Below are positions 24,966 through 36,485 of a DNA stretch of 44,673 bases, piece by piece. Position 1 is the first letter of the stretch; every line of letters begins with the position of its first letter. The position numbers and the translations under genes were made by a program. Under the pieces are notes generated by a model, which was given only the letters and a program-made list of their open reading frames with translations, ran no database searches and had not been told where the DNA came from. This DNA comes from an uncultured Rhodothermales bacterium (GTDB lineage Bacteria > Bacteroidota > Rhodothermia > Rhodothermales > CAZKDQ01): the NCBI GenBank assembly GCA_964603055.1, contig CAZRTY010000002.1, forward strand, positions 1-44,673. The letters run 5' to 3'.

Positions 24966-27212
24966 TCACTCCTCGAAGCGGTAGACACCGTGGATGCCTT
25001 CAATCCGGCGTAGCCGGTCGATAACCCGGCGCAGGTGTTGGAGGTCGCTTACGTAGAGTACGAGTGTACCCTCGAAAACGCCGTCTTCAGAGTTAACGGT
25101 GATCGAGCGAATATTCGTCTTCAAGTTCTTTGAGATGACCGTCGTGACGTCACTCACGATGCCCACACGGTCTTCGCCCATCACGCGAAGGGCGGTCAGG
25201 AAATGGACATCCTTCTGACGGCTCCACTCGACCGGGACGATCCTGTCGGGATGATTGATGAGTAGATTCGGTGCGTTACGGCAATTCACTCGGTGGATCC
25301 TGATGCCGCCGCTTCGGCTCACATAACCAAAGACATCGTCCCCTGGGATGGGATTACAGCAGGAGGCATACTGCGTCACGATGTCGGTGTGGAGCTCACC
25401 GTCAATCATCAGCGCGGGCTGGCTCGTGGCCTGCGCAGTGTCGAGGAAGTTCTCATACCGCAGCCGGAGTGACTCCTCGGTTTCCTGAACATCATCATCG
25501 GCCGGGGCCGCGGTCGGCGCGCCGTCCCTGACGTACGTCACGAAATCACTGGCATCATAAAGACCGACGCCGATTTCGTAGAACATCTGCTGCGGGTTCG
25601 GAAACTTGAGCCGAGTGGCATAGCGGCTCAGGTCCTGCTCATCGATCTCAAGCCCGGAGCGCTTGACCTTTTTCTCCCAGATGTCGCGCCCCAGGTCGAT
25701 GGACTTGCGGCGTTTCTCATTTGCCCAGTGACGAATTCGGCTCCGCGCCTTGTGTGTCACCACGAACTTCATCCAGTCCGGATTCGGCGTCTGCTTCTTG
25801 GACGTGATGATCTCGACCTGATCGCCACTTTTGAGCCTCACCGATAGCGGGACCATTTTGCCGTTAACCTTCGCTCCGATACAGTGCAGGCCAACTTCGG
25901 TGTGCACGTTGAACGCGAAGTCGACGGGCGTGGCACCGCTCGGCAGCGTCATAAGATCTCCCCGGGGCGTGAAGACGTAAATCTCCTCGTCGTAGAGGTT
26001 GAGGCGGAATTCCTTAACGAACTCTGTGGCTTGTTCGGGACGCGGGTTTTCGAGCAGGTCGCGGACCCACGAGAGGAACTGATCCATCTTCCGATCCTCA
26101 TCCGTGACGCCTTCCTTGTACTTCCAGTGGGCGGCCACACCGCGCTCGGCGATCTGATGCATCTCTTCCGTGCGAATCTGCACCTCGACGCGGCTGCCTT
26201 CCGGACCAAGCACGGTCGTGTGCAGACTTTGATATCCGTTGGATTTAGGGACGGAAATAAAATCCCGGAATCGCTCGGGCAGCGGTTTGTATAAATCCGT
26301 GATGATGGAATAGACGCGCCAGCATTCTTCCTTGCCTTTGGTCCCGGAGCTCTTCAAGATGATGCGGATCGCGAAAACGTCGTAGATCTCATTAAGCGGC
26401 TTATCCTGCCGCTTCATCTTGCGATAGATCGAGTAGACATTCTTGACGCGGCCGCTCATTTCAAACTCGAAGCCGTCCGACTTGAGACGATCGCGGAGCG
26501 GATCGATGAATCGCTTGATGTAGCTCTCACGCTCAATTCGCCCGACTTGCAGATCGCGTTCGATCTCATGGTAGACCTCGGGGTCTACCACCTTGAGTGA
26601 GAGGTCTTCGAGTTCACTTTTTACGTTGAAGAAGCCGAACCGGTGAGCGAGGGGTGCAAACAGGTCGAGCGTCTCGCTGGCAATCTTCAGGCGCTTCTGC
26701 TTCGGCAGTGACTCGATCGTCCGCATGTTGTGGAGGCGGTCCGCGAACTTGACCAGGATGACGCGGATGTCCGACGCCATCGAGAGCATGAGCTTGCGGA
26801 CGTTCTCAGCCTGGCCCAGCTCACGGCTTTCGAAGACATCACTGATCTTGGTGAGTCCGTCGATAATGAGCGCCATGGTCTCACCGAACTCGTCTCGGAC
26901 GAAGTCGAGCGAGAACTCAGTATCCTCGACCACGTCGTGAAGAAGCGCCGCCGCCACGCTCATGTCGTCGAAACCGATGTCGCGAGCGACGATGGTTGCT
27001 ACTTCAAGGGGATGCGTGATATAAGGCTCGCCCGAGGCACGCTGATCGTTGCGATGCGCCCAATATCCAATTCGGAAGGCACGCCGGATCATCGCCTCAT
27101 CGACCGTCAGCAGCGACTCTCGGCACGTCTGTATGAGCTCCTCAAGTTTGCCCTCAAACTCCTCTGGGATTTTGATGTCGGTGCTCTTGAGTATGGGAGA
27201 TGCCTTCAGCAT
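24966..27212 (-). CDS. Bifunctional (p)ppGpp synthetase/hydrolase, RelA/SpoT family
   Basis: About 748 aa from MLKASPIL. It has an HD hydrolase domain (HPLEVATIVA..LLHDVVEDT), a synthetase domain (YRKM..YQSLHT), TGS (VFTPRGD) and a C-terminal ACT. The track start at 27338 lies only 15 nt from the rplQ terminator, so ATG 27212 is preferred. Confidence 0.93.
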   Translation of the reverse strand: MLKASPILKSTDIKIPEEFEGKLEELIQTCRESLLTVDEAMIRRAFRIGYWAHRNDQRASGEPYITHPLEVATIVARDIGFDDMSVAAALLHDVVEDTEFSLDFVRDEFGETMALIIDGLTKISDVFESRELGQAENVRKLMLSMASDIRVILVKFADRLHNMRTIESLPKQKRLKIASETLDLFAPLAHRFGFFNVKSELEDLSLKVVDPEVYHEIERDLQVGRIERESYIKRFIDPLRDRLKSDGFEFEMSGRVKNVYSIYRKMKRQDKPLNEIYDVFAIRIILKSSGTKGKEECWRVYSIITDLYKPLPERFRDFISVPKSNGYQSLHTTVLGPEGSRVEVQIRTEEMHQIAERGVAAHWKYKEGVTDEDRKMDQFLSWVRDLLENPRPEQATEFVKEFRLNLYDEEIYVFTPRGDLMTLPSGATPVDFAFNVHTEVGLHCIGAKVNGKMVPLSVRLKSGDQVEIITSKKQTPNPDWMKFVVTHKARSRIRHWANEKRRKSIDLGRDIWEKKVKRSGLEIDEQDLSRYATRLKFPNPQQMFYEIGVGLYDASDFVTYVRDGAPTAAPADDDVQETEESLRLRYENFLDTAQATSQPALMIDGELHTDIVTQYASCCNPIPGDDVFGYVSRSGGIRIHRVNCRNAPNLLINHPDRIVPVEWSRQKDVHFLTALRVMGEDRVGIVSDVTTVISKNLKTNIRSITVNSEDGVFEGTLVLYVSDLQHLRRVIDRLRRIEGIHGVYRFEE

Positions 27213-27352
27213 ATAGAACTGATTATTTGCGACATAGCTTCGATTTATACCGACTGGCAGATTGCTGTTCCACCCGGCCTTAATCGCACTACCGGCAATA
27301 TAGCTTGTGGTACACGCCGGAAGTACGTGGCCCCACATCGCTATTGAGCAAC

Positions 27353-27384
27353 AAAAAAGGCGCCACCGATATATCGGCAGCGCC
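27353..27384 (-). terminator. Rho-independent terminator closing the ribosomal alpha operon (after rplQ)
   Basis: On the minus strand: GGCGCTGCCGATATATCGGTGGCGCC, a ~12-bp stem with two G-U pairs (27359-27384), followed by TTTTTTG (27353-27358). TTTT also follows on the plus strand, so it may act in both directions. Confidence 0.8.
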
Positions 27385-27410
27385 TTTTAAGAGCTAATAC
27401 GGTTTGGACG

Positions 27411-28088
27411 TCAGGCTTTCTCCTCTTCGTCCTGCTCACCGGCCTCGTCAGCCGCATCCTCAGCCTTCGGTGCGTCGCTATCGGCCTCCTCAGTTGCCTC
27501 GGCCTCTGCCTGGGCTTCCTCGACTTCCGGCGCTTCGGCAGCCTCGGTCTCTACGGCGTCCGTCTCGGTTGCCTCTGCCGTCGGCTCTTCAGCCTCGACG
27601 GCGGTCTCCTCAACTTCCGGTGCTTCCGGCTTCGTTGCTGCCGGCTGATCCGTCTTGCGGCCACGGCGTGAGCGTCCACCGCCACGGCGCGTGCGGCGTG
27701 AGCCACTGGTCTCGCGCTCCGGCTGCGACTCGTTGTAGTCGACAAGCTCGATCAGTGCCATCTCGGCTCCGTCACCCGGGCGGGGGCCCAGCTTGACGAT
27801 TCGCGTGTAACCGCCCGCGCGATCACCGACGCGCGTCGAGATGTCGCCAAAAAGCTCAGTAACCGCGTACTTGTTCTGCAGATGGCGGAAAACTTCGCGG
27901 CGATTATGCGTGGTGTCCTGCTTTGCCCGTGTGATGAGGGGCTCGACATACACCCGGAGGGCTTTAGCCTTTGCGAGGGTCGTGCGGATGTGCTTGTGCT
28001 CGATCAATGCCGAAGACAACGCGGCGAGCGTCGCATTCCGGTGAGATCGACCGCGGCCAATCCGGTGTCGTTTAAGTTGATGTCTCAT
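27411..28088 (-). CDS. rplQ: 50S ribosomal protein L17 with ~105 aa Arg/Gly-rich then Glu/Ala-rich C-terminal extension
   Basis: 225 aa. The core MRHQLKRHRIGRGRSHRNATL...GYTRIVKLGPRPGDGAEMALIELV covers aa 1-119. The tail runs from aa 120. Confidence 0.95.
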   Translation of the reverse strand: MRHQLKRHRIGRGRSHRNATLAALSSALIEHKHIRTTLAKAKALRVYVEPLITRAKQDTTHNRREVFRHLQNKYAVTELFGDISTRVGDRAGGYTRIVKLGPRPGDGAEMALIELVDYNESQPERETSGSRRTRRGGGRSRRGRKTDQPAATKPEAPEVEETAVEAEEPTAEATETDAVETEAAEAPEVEEAQAEAEATEEADSDAPKAEDAADEAGEQDEEEKA

Positions 28089-28137
28089 AGGTCGTCAATC
28101 GAATTTCGGGCTCCTGGCAGAATCGCTAAAAACGTGC

Positions 28138-29115
28138 TCAGGCTTCTTCCAAGTACCGGTCTACATCCATTCCGAAGCCGAGTCCACGCTCTTCCAGAAC
28201 CTGCACGAGCTCGAGCAACGACTTGCGGCCGAAGTTGCGGAATTTCAGCATCTCCGACTCCTCACGGCGAACAAGTTCACCGATGTTCTTGATGTTGGCG
28301 GCCTTCAAGCAGTTATGCGCACGTACTGAAAGGTCGAGCTCATCCACGGGCTGCGCCAGCAACTCACGAATCCGTTGAACCTCGGCATCGACCTCTTTCT
28401 CCTCTTCCACCGGCTGCGGCTCTCCGTCCATCGAGATGAACAGATTGACGTGGTCGCGCAGGATGCCTGCCGCTTCTGTCAGCGCGTCTTCCGCCGTGAT
28501 CGAGCCGTCGGTCGTGATCTCGAGCATCAAGCGCTCGTAGTCGATCTTCTGCCCGACACGCGTCGGCTTTACCTGGTACCGTACGTTGCGGATCGGCGTG
28601 AAAACCGAATCGATGGCAATGACGCCGATCGGGTCGTCCGCTTGTTTGTTCTCCTCGGCGGGAATGTATCCTCTGCCCGATCCCATGCGAAGCTCAACGT
28701 GGATGTCGGCATCTTCTGCTAACGTCGCGATGTGAGCATCCGGGTTGAGAACCTCGTAATCGTTCGTCGCTTCGGCGATATCACCCGCGGTCCAGTCGCC
28801 CGGTCCTGACAGGTGGAGATGAATCAGCTCAGAGGGTGCCTCGCCTGCGCGGAAGCGTACACCTTTAAGGTTGAGGATGATATCAGAAACATCCTCCGTC
28901 ACACCCTGCACCGTCGAAAACTCGTGCTGCACACCGTCGATCTTAATCGCGGTAATAGCTGTGCCCTGTAGCGACGAGAGCAGCACGCGGCGAAGAGCGT
29001 TTCCGATGGTCACGCCGAAACCGCGCTCGAGCGGCTGAATGACGAACCGTCCGTATTCGTCTGATGCCTCCTCGACTTGTACGCCGTCGGGCATCTGAAG
29101 TGCGTGATTGCTCAT
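28138..29115 (-). CDS. rpoA: DNA-directed RNA polymerase subunit alpha
   Basis: [27 protein letters not shown] and a C-terminal CTD ([16 protein letters not shown]). The preferred start is [11 protein letters not shown] (29115), by analogy with Bacteroidota RpoA N-termini. Alternatives are ATG 29133 and TTG 29166. Confidence 0.95.
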   Translation of the reverse strand: MSNHALQMPDGVQVEEASDEYGRFVIQPLERGFGVTIGNALRRVLLSSLQGTAITAIKIDGVQHEFSTVQGVTEDVSDIILNLKGVRFRAGEAPSELIHLHLSGPGDWTAGDIAEATNDYEVLNPDAHIATLAEDADIHVELRMGSGRGYIPAEENKQADDPIGVIAIDSVFTPIRNVRYQVKPTRVGQKIDYERLMLEITTDGSITAEDALTEAAGILRDHVNLFISMDGEPQPVEEEKEVDAEVQRIRELLAQPVDELDLSVRAHNCLKAANIKNIGELVRREESEMLKFRNFGRKSLLELVQVLEERGLGFGMDVDRYLEEA

Positions 29116-29183
29116 ATCAATACGTGAATCCATGATTTGTCCGTTCGCCCCAGAAAAAGCAGCCAACCGGCTGCGGCACCGCG

Positions 29184-29786
<603 letters not shown>

Positions 29787-29806
29787 AATTACTTACCTCT
29801 TTTCTC

Positions 29807-29856
29807 GTTTGTCGGATATAAAACAAACGTACGGAAGCATCTATGTTGCTTCCGTA
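29807..29856 (-). promoter_or_regulatory. Two adjacent hairpins in the rpsK-rpsD spacer (candidate attenuator / S4 autoregulatory leader)
   Basis: Hairpin 1: perfect 10-bp stem TACGGAAGCA/TGCTTCCGTA with 7-nt loop (29830-29856). Hairpin 2, immediately 3' on the minus strand: 7-bp stem CGTTTGT/ACAAACG with 9-nt loop (29807-29829). Its T-rich 5' arm follows hairpin 1 like a terminator tract. Confidence 0.4.
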
Positions 29857-29954
29857 ACCGGGCTTAAATCGAAGTGCGCTGTCTGACATACACGGGATCA
29901 CGGAGATATGCCGACGTAATAGCCGAACATATCGAGAGCGTGATGACCTTCGCG

Positions 29955-30365
29955 TCAGACTCGGCGGCGCTTCGGTGGCCGGCAGCCGTTGTGTGGGATA
30001 GGCGTGACGTCACGGATCGTAGCGATCTCGAGGCCCGTTGCCGAAAGTGCACGAATTGCCGACTCACGTCCTGAGCCCGGCCCTTTTACATGCACATCGA
30101 CACGGCGCAGCCCGAGGTCGTAGGCTTCCTTAGCCGCCGCCGATGCAGCCACCTGTGCCGCATACGGGGTATTCTTACGGCTGCCCTTGAAGCCTTGCTT
30201 GCCCGAACTCGCCCATGAGATCGTGTTGCCGTACTGATCGGTCATCGTCACGATCACGTTGTTGAACGTAGCGCGAATGAACGCATGACCGTTCGACTCG
30301 ACGATAACGTTCTTCTTGCGGACGGACCGTGAGCCGCGTCCCGTTGTCTTCTGTCTCTTTGCCAT
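29955..30365 (-). CDS. rpsK: 30S ribosomal protein S11
   Basis: 136 aa with [17 protein letters not shown] and [13 protein letters not shown]. Confidence 0.97.
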   Translation of the reverse strand: MAKRQKTTGRGSRSVRKKNVIVESNGHAFIRATFNNVIVTMTDQYGNTISWASSGKQGFKGSRKNTPYAAQVAASAAAKEAYDLGLRRVDVHVKGPGSGRESAIRALSATGLEIATIRDVTPIPHNGCRPPKRRRV

Positions 30366-30426
30366 AGATGGTGTTTGCGATCAGCTCGAGGCACGCCGGG
30401 TGCGGGCCTCTTCTCATGGCTGAAGG

Positions 30427-30807
30427 TTACTTACGCGGTGCCTTCTTCTTACCAGCCACCGTTTTCTTACGACCCTTACGGGTGCGAGCATTCGTCTGCG
30501 TGCGCTGTCCGCGAACCGGAAGCCCTCGACGATGCCGCAAACCGCGGTACGATCCGATATCCATCAGACGTTTGATGTTCATCTGGACTTCGGAGCGCAG
30601 CTGGCCCTCTACCTGATAATCATCCTCGATAATCCGGCGCACCTGACGCGTCTGTTCATCCGTCCACTGGCCGGGATGAACCTCAGGGTCAAGGCCGGCA
30701 CTCGTGAGGATCTCCTGCGCGCGGGACCGTCCGATACCGTAAATGGCGGTCAACGCGATGTCGCCGCGTTTCTCGTTCGAGACGTCAACTCCAGCAATAC
30801 GTGGCAT
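30427..30807 (-). CDS. rpsM: 30S ribosomal protein S13
   Basis: 126 aa starting MPRIAGVDV, with [23 protein letters not shown]. Confidence 0.97.
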   Translation of the reverse strand: MPRIAGVDVSNEKRGDIALTAIYGIGRSRAQEILTSAGLDPEVHPGQWTDEQTRQVRRIIEDDYQVEGQLRSEVQMNIKRLMDIGSYRGLRHRRGLPVRGQRTQTNARTRKGRKKTVAGKKKAPRK

Positions 30808-30883
30808 AACCTAACTTGTAGCTTTAGCGTTCGGGACGGGCAGTCAGCCGTGCTTCAAACGACGAAACACAGCCCGGCCGGCA

Positions 30884-31000
30884 TCATCCCTGACGCTGCT
30901 TGTGCTTGGGGTTCTTCTTGTTGATGACGTACACGCGGCCCTTGCGACGCACGATCTTGTCGTCGGCACTGCGCTTCTTAATGCTTGCCTGTACTTTCAT
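30884..31000 (-). CDS. rpmJ: 50S ribosomal protein L36 (Cys-less, C-minus form)
   Basis: Not in the ORF track because it is under 60 aa. Reverse-strand translation gives [38 protein letters not shown], 38 aa, with ATG at 31000 and TGA at 30884-30886. Confidence 0.93.
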   Translation of the reverse strand: MKVQASIKKRSADDKIVRRKGRVYVINKKNPKHKQRQG

Positions 31001-31134
31001 GGCTCAATTTCGTCTTTCTACGACGTTAACATCCGGGTAGCCGCTGAATAACGGCCTAAACCTGGAATGGTTCGTAAACTTTTAATGATGCCGCTCAAAG
31101 TGCAAGCTCCGCCGGAAACCTGCCGAGCTTGCGT

Positions 31135-31950
31135 CTACTCATGATTGACGTTCAGTCGGTACGGCGCATCAATCACTTCCTCGATGTACTGATACGTGCT
31201 TAGCACTTCGGCCTTTCCTTCCCGCACAACAACCATGTGCTCGTAATGAGCTGAAGGCAACGCGTCGGCGGTGCGGATCGTCCATCCATCCTCGTCAACT
31301 GTAATCTCAGCCGTTCCGGTGTTGATCATCGGCTCGATGCAGATCGTCGTGCCCGCTTTCAAGCGGCGACCAGCCTTCCGTCGTCCAACATTCGGCACCT
31401 GCGGATCCTCATGAAGATGCCGCCCGATACCATGACCGACGAGATCTCTCACCACTCCATATCCGCGGCTCTCACAATAATCTTGAACCGCAAAGCCAAT
31501 ATCCCCGATCCGATTGCCGGCAACCGCCTGCTCAATCCCTTTCTCCAGCGACTCGTACGTCACGCGGCATAGCGCGGCCTTCTCATCCGAAATCTCGCCC
31601 ACCGCAAATGTGTAGGCGTAATCGGCGAAGTATCCCTCAAGCTGCACACCGCAATCGACCGAGATCAGCTCTCCTTCCTGAAGAATGTGTCCACCGGGGA
31701 TGCCGTGTACGACCACGTCATCGACCGAAATACACAAGGTCCCGGGGAAGGGGTCCAGGCCTGCGACGGTGTAGCCCTTGAACGCCGGTACGCCGCCGTG
31801 ATCACGCAGGTACTCTTCAGCGATCTGATCCAAGACAGCCGTATCGATGCCCGGACGAATCTCCTTCGCAACCTCCGCGAGTGCTTTGCCAACCACCTCA
31901 CTGGCGGCCGACATCAACTCGATCTCCCTATCGCTCTTCAGATGAACCAC
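31135..31950 (-). CDS. map: Type I methionine aminopeptidase
   Basis: 271 aa with metal ligand blocks (SVDCGV, DYAYTF, GHGIG, IEPMI, YEHMV). Confidence 0.96.
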   Translation of the reverse strand: MVHLKSDREIELMSAASEVVGKALAEVAKEIRPGIDTAVLDQIAEEYLRDHGGVPAFKGYTVAGLDPFPGTLCISVDDVVVHGIPGGHILQEGELISVDCGVQLEGYFADYAYTFAVGEISDEKAALCRVTYESLEKGIEQAVAGNRIGDIGFAVQDYCESRGYGVVRDLVGHGIGRHLHEDPQVPNVGRRKAGRRLKAGTTICIEPMINTGTAEITVDEDGWTIRTADALPSAHYEHMVVVREGKAEVLSTYQYIEEVIDAPYRLNVNHE

Positions 31951-31966
31951 GCGCGCTCTTACCTGG

Positions 31967-33286
<1,320 letters not shown>

Positions 33287-33325
33287 GTCGAAAACGATGT
33301 TTCAGCCCTTGTCGGGCCGCGTTGC

Positions 33326-33787
33326 TTATTCGGCGACGGTTACGGTGCCGCCGGCAGCTTCGATCTTGGCACGAGCAGACGCGCTAAAAGCGTGAGCCGT
33401 GACCTTGAATGCCTGCGTGATGTCTCCTGAACCGAGAATCTTGATTCGATCGGTCTTCTGTGCCAGCCCCACGGCTACGAGTACGTCCGGGGTTACCGGC
33501 TCCGAGGCGTCGATGGCCCCATCAGAAACGAGCCGCTCGAGGCGACCTACGTTGATCGGCTGATACGCGACACGAAACCGATTCTTAAAACCGAACTTGG
33601 GCACGCGGCGCTGAAGCGGCATCTGCCCGCCTTCGAACCAGGAAGGGATGTTTGCGCCCGAGCGCGCCTTCTGACCCTTATTACCTTTGGTCGAACTGTG
33701 ACCACCGTAGCCGGAACCTTGACCGCGCGCGATGCGCTTGCGGGAGCGGGTCGAACCCTTTGCCGGCTTTAAATTACTGAGATCCAT
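33326..33787 (-). CDS. rplO: 50S ribosomal protein L15
   Basis: 153 aa from MDLSNLKPAKGSTRSRKRIARGQGSG. The track start at 33829 is probably too far upstream. Confidence 0.95.
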   Translation of the reverse strand: MDLSNLKPAKGSTRSRKRIARGQGSGYGGHSSTKGNKGQKARSGANIPSWFEGGQMPLQRRVPKFGFKNRFRVAYQPINVGRLERLVSDGAIDASEPVTPDVLVAVGLAQKTDRIKILGSGDITQAFKVTAHAFSASARAKIEAAGGTVTVAE

Positions 33788-33865
33788 TCTACTTAGTGGC
33801 TTACGCCCGGCTATCGGCCGGACTCGCATTAACTAATAGGCCCATCCGCAGCACCTGCGGCGAGC

Positions 33866-34048
33866 TTACTTACCCTCTTCGACAGAAACCAGGTGTTGAA
33901 CCTTAGCGATCATGCCGCGGATAACCGGCGTGTCGTCGTGTTCTACCGTGTGGTTGATACGCCGCAGTCCGAGCGCTTCCATCGTCTGCTTCTGACGCTT
34001 ATGCGTGCGGATGGAACTCTTGACCTGCGTAACTCTGATCGTCGCCAT
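33866..34048 (-). CDS. rpmD: 50S ribosomal protein L30
   Basis: 60 aa from [13 protein letters not shown]...[10 protein letters not shown]. Confidence 0.93.
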   Translation of the reverse strand: MATIRVTQVKSSIRTHKRQKQTMEALGLRRINHTVEHDDTPVIRGMIAKVQHLVSVEEGK

Positions 34049-34090
34049 TGCCAACTGTCTGTGTTTAGGTGCCACGACGGGCACGAATCC

Positions 34091-34618
34091 TTAGCCTTCG
34101 AAAACCTTCTTGAGCGGGATTCCCCGGCGCTTCGCTACTTCGATCGGATCCTCGAGCTGCGACAGTGCATCGATGGTCGCTGCAAGCTGGTTGTGGGGAT
34201 TGCTCGACCCGAGGCTCTTTGTCAGAATGTCGGTGATTCCGGCGCACTCGAGCACCGCTCGGACACCACCACCGGCGATTACACCCGTACCCTCTGCGGC
34301 CGGCTTGAGCAGAACGCGTCCTGCGTCCTGACGACCGACTACCGGGTGTGGGATTGAGCCGCGCTTGATCGGCACACGGATGAGGTTCTTCTTCGCGTCC
34401 TCCGTGCCTTTCGAAATCGCATCGGCGACCTCGTTGGCCTTGCCGAGACCGACGCCCACCGTTCCCTTGTTATCGCCAACGACGACAACTGCGTTGAACG
34501 AGAAGCGGCGGCCACCCTTGACCACCTTTGCGACACGATTAACCGTGACGAGGCGCTCATCCCAACTCTGCGCTTCGGCCGTTTCGCGACGCCGTCTATT
34601 GCCTTTTCCCTTTGCCAT
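34091..34618 (-). CDS. rpsE: 30S ribosomal protein S5
   Basis: 175 aa from MAKGKGN, with [16 protein letters not shown] and GTGVIAGG. The track start at 34687 would overlap rplR. Confidence 0.95.
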   Translation of the reverse strand: MAKGKGNRRRRETAEAQSWDERLVTVNRVAKVVKGGRRFSFNAVVVVGDNKGTVGVGLGKANEVADAISKGTEDAKKNLIRVPIKRGSIPHPVVGRQDAGRVLLKPAAEGTGVIAGGGVRAVLECAGITDILTKSLGSSNPHNQLAATIDALSQLEDPIEVAKRRGIPLKKVFEG

Positions 34619-34658
34619 AATAATATCGTTCGTAGCAGCTATTCTGCTTGAGCTGTTC

Positions 34659-35012
34659 TTAGAGCTTGAGGCCTCCTTCACGGGCACCTTCCGCCACGGC
34701 CTTCACACGCCCGTGGTAACGGTAGCCGTTACGATCGAAAACGGCCGTCTCGAACCCGGCCTCTTTTGCGCGCTCGGCCAACAGTGCACCGACGCGTGAT
34801 CCTTTCTCGATTGGCGTGCCTTCAGCACCTTTGTCTTCAAGGCTGCTGGCGGCGACAAGTGTATGACCAGACAGATCGTCGACCAGCTGGGCGTAAATGT
34901 GGCTGTTCGAGCGGTACACCGAAAGGCGCGGCCGCTCTTGTGTGCCGGTGACCTTCGACCGGATACCGCGCTTCACGCGCTGCCGTCGATCTCTTTTAGG
35001 GTTCTTCGCCAT
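34659..35012 (-). CDS. rplR: 50S ribosomal protein L18
   Basis: 117 aa with [20 protein letters not shown] and [14 protein letters not shown]. Confidence 0.97.
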   Translation of the reverse strand: MAKNPKRDRRQRVKRGIRSKVTGTQERPRLSVYRSNSHIYAQLVDDLSGHTLVAASSLEDKGAEGTPIEKGSRVGALLAERAKEAGFETAVFDRNGYRYHGRVKAVAEGAREGGLKL

Positions 35013-35077
35013 AATCTTAACTGCTTGCCGAAAGATTGCCGACCCTTCGGCTCATTGATTGATAAAGTCGGACGGGC

Positions 35078-35632
35078 CTATCGTGCCGCCGTCTTACCTG
35101 CCTTACGACGAACGTACTCGTCGACGTATCGAATACCTTTGCCTTTATAGGGCTCCGGCGGACGCAGCTCGCGGATCTTAGCAGCAACCTGCCCCACCAT
35201 CTGCTTGTCACTGCCCTCGACGATCACAATCGGGTTCTTGCCCCGTTTCGTGTCGACTGACAGTGTTACACCTTCCGGCGCCATGAAGAAAACCGGGTGC
35301 GAGAAGCCAAGCGCAAGTTCCAGGACGCCATTGGTGATGGCGGCGCGGTATCCCACACCAATCACCTCGAGCTCCCTCTTATATCCCTCTGTGACTCCAA
35401 CAACCATGTTGGAGAGAAGCGAGCGATACAGACCGTGCATCGACTTGTGGCGCTTCTGATCGGTAGGCCGCTTGACGAGCATCGTGCCATCTTCGATCGA
35501 AACCAGGATGTCGGGATCCAACTGCGTCGAAAGCTCTCCCTTCGGCCCCTTCACCGTCACAAAATTGCTGTCTGTGACGTCGATCGAAACGTTGCCGGTG
35601 AGCTCGATCGGCAGATTGCCTATACGAGACAT
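35078..35632 (-). CDS. rplF: 50S ribosomal protein L6
   Basis: 184 aa starting MSRIGNLPIEL, with PEPYKGKGIRY. Confidence 0.97.
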   Translation of the reverse strand: MSRIGNLPIELTGNVSIDVTDSNFVTVKGPKGELSTQLDPDILVSIEDGTMLVKRPTDQKRHKSMHGLYRSLLSNMVVGVTEGYKRELEVIGVGYRAAITNGVLELALGFSHPVFFMAPEGVTLSVDTKRGKNPIVIVEGSDKQMVGQVAAKIRELRPPEPYKGKGIRYVDEYVRRKAGKTAAR

Positions 35633-35682
35633 GATAGTACCTGAATGAATGTCTGAGTAGGATGTGCCGCCCGCAACGTACG

Positions 35683-36084
35683 CTAGTAGACGTACGCCAG
35701 GACTTCACCACCGATGTGAATGCGCCGCGCTTCCTTGTCTGTCATAACGCCTCTCGACGTAGACACGACCGCAATGCCGAGGCCGTTCTTAACGCGCGGC
35801 AGGTCGGCCGCCCCAACGTACTTACGAAGGCCGGGAGACGACACGCGCGTCAGCGTCTTGATCACCGGCTGGCCTACCGAATCATATTTCAGGTAGAGGC
35901 GCAGCAGGCCTTGCTTGCCGTCGTCGATATCGAGGTAGTTGCGTAGAAAGCCTTTCTCGACCAGAATCTGCGTGATGGCACGCTTGAGCTTCGAGGCCGG
36001 GATGTCGACATGACGATGCCGCGCCTGCTGTGCATTACGAATGCGCGACAGGTAATCGGCGACGACGTCGGTAATACCACTCAT
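35683..36084 (-). CDS. rpsH: 30S ribosomal protein S8
   Basis: 133 aa with DVVADYLSRIRNA and GGEVLAYVY. Confidence 0.97.
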   Translation of the reverse strand: MSGITDVVADYLSRIRNAQQARHRHVDIPASKLKRAITQILVEKGFLRNYLDIDDGKQGLLRLYLKYDSVGQPVIKTLTRVSSPGLRKYVGAADLPRVKNGLGIAVVSTSRGVMTDKEARRIHIGGEVLAYVY

Positions 36085-36185
36085 TCCTTAGTCCTGTTTT
36101 AGTCAGTTCGCTCCTACCCACGATGGGCCTGAGCGCTTAACTAAGTGGGTTATTAAACGGCCGCAACAACGCGACCGACACACAT

Positions 36186-36455
36186 TTACCAGCTCGCCTT
36201 ACGAACGCCCGGGATACGACCCGACAGCGCCATCTGGCGGAAGACAATACGCGACACACCGAAAGTCCGCATGTAGCCACGCGAACGCCCGGAAATCGGG
36301 CAACGGTTGTTCAGCCGCACGGGGCTCGCATTACGCGGAATGCGCTGCAACGCCTCGTAGTCTCCAGCCTTCTTCAGCGCTTGACGCTTCTCTGCGTATT
36401 TGGCGACCATCTTGCGCCGCTTACGCTCACGAGCCATCCAGCTTTTCTTTGCCAT
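36186..36455 (-). CDS. rpsN: 30S ribosomal protein S14 (long, C-minus form)
   Basis: 89 aa with RNRC-like [21 protein letters not shown] and C-terminal GVRKASW. It has a single Cys, so no zinc ribbon. Confidence 0.96.
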   Translation of the reverse strand: MAKKSWMARERKRRKMVAKYAEKRQALKKAGDYEALQRIPRNASPVRLNNRCPISGRSRGYMRTFGVSRIVFRQMALSGRIPGVRKASW

Positions 36456-36485
36456 GAACTATCTCTATCTGACTGATGCGAATAT

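Noticed and set aside
27213-27338. 42-aa N-terminal extension of RelA/SpoT in the ORF track.
   Set aside because: That start would lie 15 nt from the rplQ terminator and leave no promoter space. The extension has no similarity to RelA/SpoT N-termini, and ATG 27212 gives a typical ~748-aa protein.
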